Shown: positions 31,585 to 35,546 of the stretch, piece after piece
Numbering within the stretch: position 1 is the stretch's first letter
Layout: the number at the start of each line of letters is the position of its first letter
Translations under genes and position numbers: made by a program
The notes under the pieces: generated by a model
What the model was told of the DNA's origin: nothing
What the model saw: the letters and a program-made list of their open reading frames with translations, nothing else
Databases searched by the model: none
Assembly: GCA_036171255.1 (NCBI GenBank)
Contig: JAVHQS010000105.1
Coordinates: 1-35,546, forward strand
Source: Gallionella sp.
Lineage (GTDB): Bacteria > Pseudomonadota > Gammaproteobacteria > Burkholderiales > Gallionellaceae
Length of the DNA stretch: 35,546 nt
Reading direction: 5' to 3'

Positions 31585-32447
31585 GGGGCAAGCAGTTGCA
31601 GATAGCTTTGCGTCAGCGTGTGCCCCCAAAACAGGGCGATCAAGCCGCCGCCAGCCAGATAAGGGCCGAAGGGGATGGGAATGTTGCGGCCATGCTTGAC
31701 CGCGACGATCAGGGTGATGCCCACCACTGCACCGACCAGCGAAGACAGCAAAATGATCAGTGGTAACATTTGCCAGCCCAGCCAGGCTCCAAGCGCGGCG
31801 AGCAGTTTGAAATCGCCGTAGCCCATGCCCTCTTTGCCGGTAGCGAGCTTGAACAGCCAGTACACGCCCCACAACACGAGATAGCCAAACACAGCGCCCA
31901 GAACCGCACCCGGCAGATTGGTAAAGATGCCGAACAGGTTGAACAGCAGGCCGGTCCAGAGCAGCGGCAAAGTGATGTCGTCCGGTAGCAGCTGCGTATC
32001 GAAATCGATCGCCGCGAGTGCCAGCAATGCCCAGATAAGCAACAGCGCGCCGACCGTCGTCAAGCCGAAGCCGAAGCGTATCGCCGCATAGGCGCACAGG
32101 ATGCCGCTGGCCGCCTCGATGATCGGATAGCGCGGCGAAATAACCGCGCCGCAGCCTTTGCATCTGCCGCGCAATATCAGGTAACTGATGATCGGGATGT
32201 TCTCCCACGCGCTGATGGCGTGATGGCAATGCGGGCAAGCGGAACGCGGCACGATCAGATTGTATTTGGCAGTTTCAGCGATTTCTTCGCCACGCAGTTC
32301 CGCGCACTGCTGTTGCCAGCCAAGCTCCATCATCTTGGGCAAGCGGTGAATGACCACATTCAGAAAACTGCCGACTATCAGGCCGAGAAACAGGCATACG
32401 CCGATCAGCACGGCAGGAACCGCTTGGAGTAATTCCAGAAAGCTCAT
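31581..32447 (-). CDS. pilD: Prepilin peptidase/N-methyltransferase PilD
   Basis: GSFLNVVIHRLP, SACPHC..CKGC, IDFDTQLLPD, GMGYGDFKL, IPFGPYLA. Confidence 0.97.
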   Translation of the reverse strand: MSFLELLQAVPAVLIGVCLFLGLIVGSFLNVVIHRLPKMMELGWQQQCAELRGEEIAETAKYNLIVPRSACPHCHHAISAWENIPIISYLILRGRCKGCGAVISPRYPIIEAASGILCAYAAIRFGFGLTTVGALLLIWALLALAAIDFDTQLLPDDITLPLLWTGLLFNLFGIFTNLPGAVLGAVFGYLVLWGVYWLFKLATGKEGMGYGDFKLLAALGAWLGWQMLPLIILLSSLVGAVVGITLIVAVKHGRNIPIPFGPYLAGGGLIALFWGHTLTQSYLQLLAP

Positions 32448-32547
32448 CGCTGGTTGCAGCGGCGTACAAGCGATGAGTGGCAAGTAAAGAGCGGAAGGGG
32501 TGGCGCGAAAGGCAGTATCTTCCGTTCGCTGCCTTTTAGGGGTCTCA

Positions 32548-33771
32548 TTAAACCACTGCGCCCATCTTGAAGATCGGCAGATACATCGCCACCACCATGC
32601 CGCCGATCAGGGTGCCGAGCACTACCATGATGATCGGCTCCATCAGGCTGGACAAGGCGGCTACGGCATCGTCCACCTCCGCTTCGTAGAAGTCGGCGAC
32701 CTTGCTCAGCATAGAATCCAGCGAGCCGGCTTCCTCGCCGATCGCCGCCATCTGCAACACCATGCTCGGGAATACCCCGGTGTTTTGCATCGCGACGGTC
32801 AGGCTCTGGCCGCTGCTGACTTCGCGCTGGATGGTTTTTGTCGCATCAAAATACACGATGTTGCCTGCCGCGCCGGCGACCGAATCGAACGCTTCGACCA
32901 GCGGTACGCCGGCTGCAAACATGGTAGAAAGCGTGCGTGCCCAGCGCGCGATGCTGGCGATTTTGACCAGACCGCCGAAAATCGGTAATTTCAACATCAG
33001 CCTGTCCATGAACGCCTGCATCTTTTTGCTGCGCTTCCAGAAATAGAAGAAGGTATATAAACCGCCGCCGACCCCGCCGAAGATCGCCCACCACCAAGCT
33101 ACGAAGAAATCGGAAATACCCATGAGAACCAGTGTCGGGCCGGGCAGGTCGGCGCCGAAGTTGGAGAACAGTTCCTTGAACGCGGGAACCACGAAAATCA
33201 TGATCACGGCGGTGATGACGAAAGCCACCACGACAATGGAAATCGGGTAGAACAGCGCCGACTTGATCTTGCTCTTGATGGCCTGGATCTTTTCTTTATA
33301 CGTTGCCAAACGATCCAGCAGGCTATCCAGAATACCGGCCGCCTCGCCTGCGCCAATCAGGTTGCAATACAGCTCGTCGAAATACAGCGGGTATTTTTTG
33401 AAGGCCTGTTGCAGGCTGCTGCCGGTTTCCACGTCGGTTTTGATGTCGAACAGCAGTCGTGCCACGGAAGGGTTGCTATGTCCTTTGCCGACGATGTCGA
33501 ACGCTTGCAGCAACGGCACGCCGGATTTCATCATGGTGGCAAGCTGGCGTGTGAACAATGCGATGTCTTTGTCGGTGACTTTCTGGGTGCTGGCGCGCAG
33601 ACGTTTGACTTTCAGGACGTTAATGCTTTGGCGGCGCAGATGGGCGGATACGCTGGCTTCGCCAGGGGCGCGCATCTCGCCTTTGACCAGTTTGCCGGTC
33701 TTGTCTTTTCCTTCCCAGAGGTAGGAATACTCTTTTGCTTTCTCTACTTTTGATTTGGGTGCGACAGCCAT
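32548..33771 (-). CDS. pilC: Type IV pilus platform protein PilC (T2SS F family)
   Basis: FTRQLATMMKSGVPL, AGEAAGILD, IKSALFYP, GEEAGSLDSML, LMEPIIM, AMYLPIF. Confidence 0.95.
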   Translation of the reverse strand: MAVAPKSKVEKAKEYSYLWEGKDKTGKLVKGEMRAPGEASVSAHLRRQSINVLKVKRLRASTQKVTDKDIALFTRQLATMMKSGVPLLQAFDIVGKGHSNPSVARLLFDIKTDVETGSSLQQAFKKYPLYFDELYCNLIGAGEAAGILDSLLDRLATYKEKIQAIKSKIKSALFYPISIVVVAFVITAVIMIFVVPAFKELFSNFGADLPGPTLVLMGISDFFVAWWWAIFGGVGGGLYTFFYFWKRSKKMQAFMDRLMLKLPIFGGLVKIASIARWARTLSTMFAAGVPLVEAFDSVAGAAGNIVYFDATKTIQREVSSGQSLTVAMQNTGVFPSMVLQMAAIGEEAGSLDSMLSKVADFYEAEVDDAVAALSSLMEPIIMVVLGTLIGGMVVAMYLPIFKMGAVV

Positions 33772-33844
33772 AGCGTCTCCATTGGGTCACTGCCTATTGT
33801 TGCCGGGCATGATGCCGAGCTTTATGCCACTTGTAAAGCCGTGT

Positions 33845-35128
33845 TTATTGCGGATGTTTGTTCATCTGCGATGGGAAAATACGCGCCACCTTCACAATTC
33901 GATCCTGAGTCTGAATGATCTCTATCGGGTAATTGGCGATTTTCAAACTGGTGCCGGCTTCCGGTATGTCCTCGAGATGATCGAGGATCAGGCCATTGAG
34001 TGTCTTTGCGCCGTTCAGCGGGAAGTGTAATCCCAGTTTGCGATTCAGCTCACGCAAACTGCTGCTGCCTTCCAGCAGGAAGCTGCCATCCTCCTGACGC
34101 AGGAATTTTCCGGTTTGCGAGGGTGATTGGGTGGTGAATTCCCCGACGATTTCTTCCAGAATGTTTTCCAGCATCACCAGTCCGAGCAGTTCACCATACT
34201 CGTCCACGACCAACCCCAGGCGCGTATGGCGTTCCTGGAATTGTTGCAACTGTTTGAGCAGCGGCGTATCGGAAGGGATGAAATAAGGCTCGTGGAGTAT
34301 TTCGCGCAATTGCGCCAGATCCAGCGTCGCCTCTTGCAACAGGGGCAGCACACGTTTGATATGCAGGATGCCGATGATGTTGCTGGGCGTGTCGGCATAG
34401 ACCGGCAGCAGCGTGTGGTGGCAGGTGATGATCTGCTGGCGCAGTTCGTTTGCGTCGGCATTGATGTTCAGCGCCTCGATCTGGTTGCGCGGGATCATCA
34501 CGTCGTTCACCGTGATGCGTTCGAGATCGACCAGGTTGAGCAGCATCTTCTGGTGCTTGCGCGGCAGGAAATGCTCTGCATCCAATACCAGGCCGCGCAA
34601 TTCTTCCAAGGTCATCTTCTGTTTGCTTTGGTCGGTCTGTATCTTGATGCGCAACAGCCACAAAAAGCCTTTTACCATTGCACTGGCTACCGAGACGACC
34701 GGATGGAACAGAGTGATCAGCGGTGTCAGCATATAGCTGGCGGGTAGAGCCACCCGTTCCGGGTAGCTTGCCGCAATGATCTTGGGCATGATTTCGCTGA
34801 AAACTAAAATCGCAAAGGTGATGGCCAGTGTGCCGAACAATATCGCCCAATCGTCCTGTCCGAACAGGCGCAGGATGATGATATTGGTCACTGCGGCGGC
34901 AGCAACATTGAGGAGGGTGTTGCCGAGCAGGATGGAGCCGAGCAGCTTGTCTACCTTGCCTAATAATTGTGCGGTGAGCTTGGCGCTCTTGTTGCCTTTG
35001 CGTACCAGATGATTGAGGCGATGGCGATTGAGCGCCATCATGCCGGTTTCCGAGCCGGAAAAGAATCCGCTCAGGACGAGCAGCAACAGCAGGAGGCCGA
35101 ACAGTGTCAGCAGTGAAAACTCGTTCAA
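33845..35128 (-). CDS. HlyC/CorC (CNNM-CBS-CorC) family membrane protein
   Basis: FFSGSETGMMALNR, ILLGN, FSEIMPK, CBS pair (VMIPR, VVDEYG), CorC domain KTLNGLI. Confidence 0.93.
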   Translation of the reverse strand: MNEFSLLTLFGLLLLLLVLSGFFSGSETGMMALNRHRLNHLVRKGNKSAKLTAQLLGKVDKLLGSILLGNTLLNVAAAAVTNIIILRLFGQDDWAILFGTLAITFAILVFSEIMPKIIAASYPERVALPASYMLTPLITLFHPVVSVASAMVKGFLWLLRIKIQTDQSKQKMTLEELRGLVLDAEHFLPRKHQKMLLNLVDLERITVNDVMIPRNQIEALNINADANELRQQIITCHHTLLPVYADTPSNIIGILHIKRVLPLLQEATLDLAQLREILHEPYFIPSDTPLLKQLQQFQERHTRLGLVVDEYGELLGLVMLENILEEIVGEFTTQSPSQTGKFLRQEDGSFLLEGSSSLRELNRKLGLHFPLNGAKTLNGLILDHLEDIPEAGTSLKIANYPIEIIQTQDRIVKVARIFPSQMNKHPQ

Positions 35129-35156
35129 GGTTTGCCAAGGTCGTATGCGGTGTTTG

Positions 35157-35186
35157 AGTATCGGGGAGGCCGGTCGCAGGTGTCAA
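35157..35186 (-). promoter_or_regulatory. Putative sigma70 promoter for the HlyC/CorC gene
   Basis: TTGACA (35186-35181), 18-bp spacer, GATACT (35162-35157). Confidence 0.45.
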
Positions 35187-35226
35187 GGCGATATCGGGCC
35201 GTTCAGGCTGCCGCGCATGCCGCCGG

Positions 35227-35544
35227 TCATGCCGGCATGCGTGCGTTACTCTTGCTCCAGACCAGCAGGGCGATTCCTGCGATGACCATCGGCAGGCTGA
35301 GCCACTGACCCATGCTGATGCCAAAACTCATCAGTCCGAAGATGCCGTCGTCCGGATTGCGCGTGAATTCGACGAGGAAGCGGAAACTGCCGTAGCCGAT
35401 CAGGAACAAGCCGGATACTGCGCCGACAGGGCGCGGTATCCGGGCATATATCCACAGCAGGACGAACAGCAGCAAGCCTTCCAGTGCGAATTCATACAAC
35501 TGCGAAGGGTGGCGCGGCAGCTCGTCCACTTTGGGAAAGACCAT
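35227..35544 (-). CDS. lgt: Prolipoprotein diacylglyceryl transferase Lgt, C-terminal part; runs off the window
   Basis: [37 protein letters not shown]. Confidence 0.96.
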   Translation of the reverse strand: MVFPKVDELPRHPSQLYEFALEGLLLFVLLWIYARIPRPVGAVSGLFLIGYGSFRFLVEFTRNPDDGIFGLMSFGISMGQWLSLPMVIAGIALLVWSKSNARMPA

Positions 35545-35546
35545 GC

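Noticed and set aside
29885-32238. 208-aa YacG and 434-aa CoaE in the ORF track
   Set aside because: The extensions overlap zapD and pilD out of frame; the true starts are 30094 and 31584.
33813-33829. sigma54 promoter upstream of pilC (TGGCAT...GGCA on the minus strand)
   Set aside because: The GG-to-GC spacing is 11 nt rather than the required 10.
35183-35230. 15-aa ATGA-coupled ORF after lgt as another relay ORF
   Set aside because: It stops 54 nt before the next gene, within that gene's putative promoter, so it does not bridge the junction.

Overview
Betaproteobacterial chromosome segment (Gallionellaceae-like by gene order and repeat style; this is inference). Positions 1-2184 are a lower-GC accessory patch: the 3' end of a nucleotidyltransferase gene with a coupled 59-aa partner ORF, a 5'-truncated DndE-like/HerA-type ATPase gene, and an XRE-type HTH regulator. 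The complete dcw cluster follows (mraZ-rsmH-ftsL-ftsI-murE-murF-mraY-murD-ftsW-murG-murC-murB-ddlB-ftsQ-ftsA-ftsZ-lpxC), then a small membrane protein, dciA (DUF721), an M23 peptidase, secA, a cNMP-binding protein, argJ, a DUF815 ATPase and a MutT/ThiE fusion. On the minus strand are yacG, zapD, coaE, pilD, pilC, a HlyC/CorC protein and partial lgt. The unusual layer is about a dozen small palindromic, MITE-like or heptamer elements from several sequence families, at gene junctions or in frame inside housekeeping genes (murF, murD, murB, coaE). At all four interrupted junctions between mraZ and ftsQ, the insert is spanned by a stop-free mini-ORF that starts on the upstream stop (ATGA) and ends on or inside the downstream start. 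One of these re-encodes the FtsW C-terminus with different codons.
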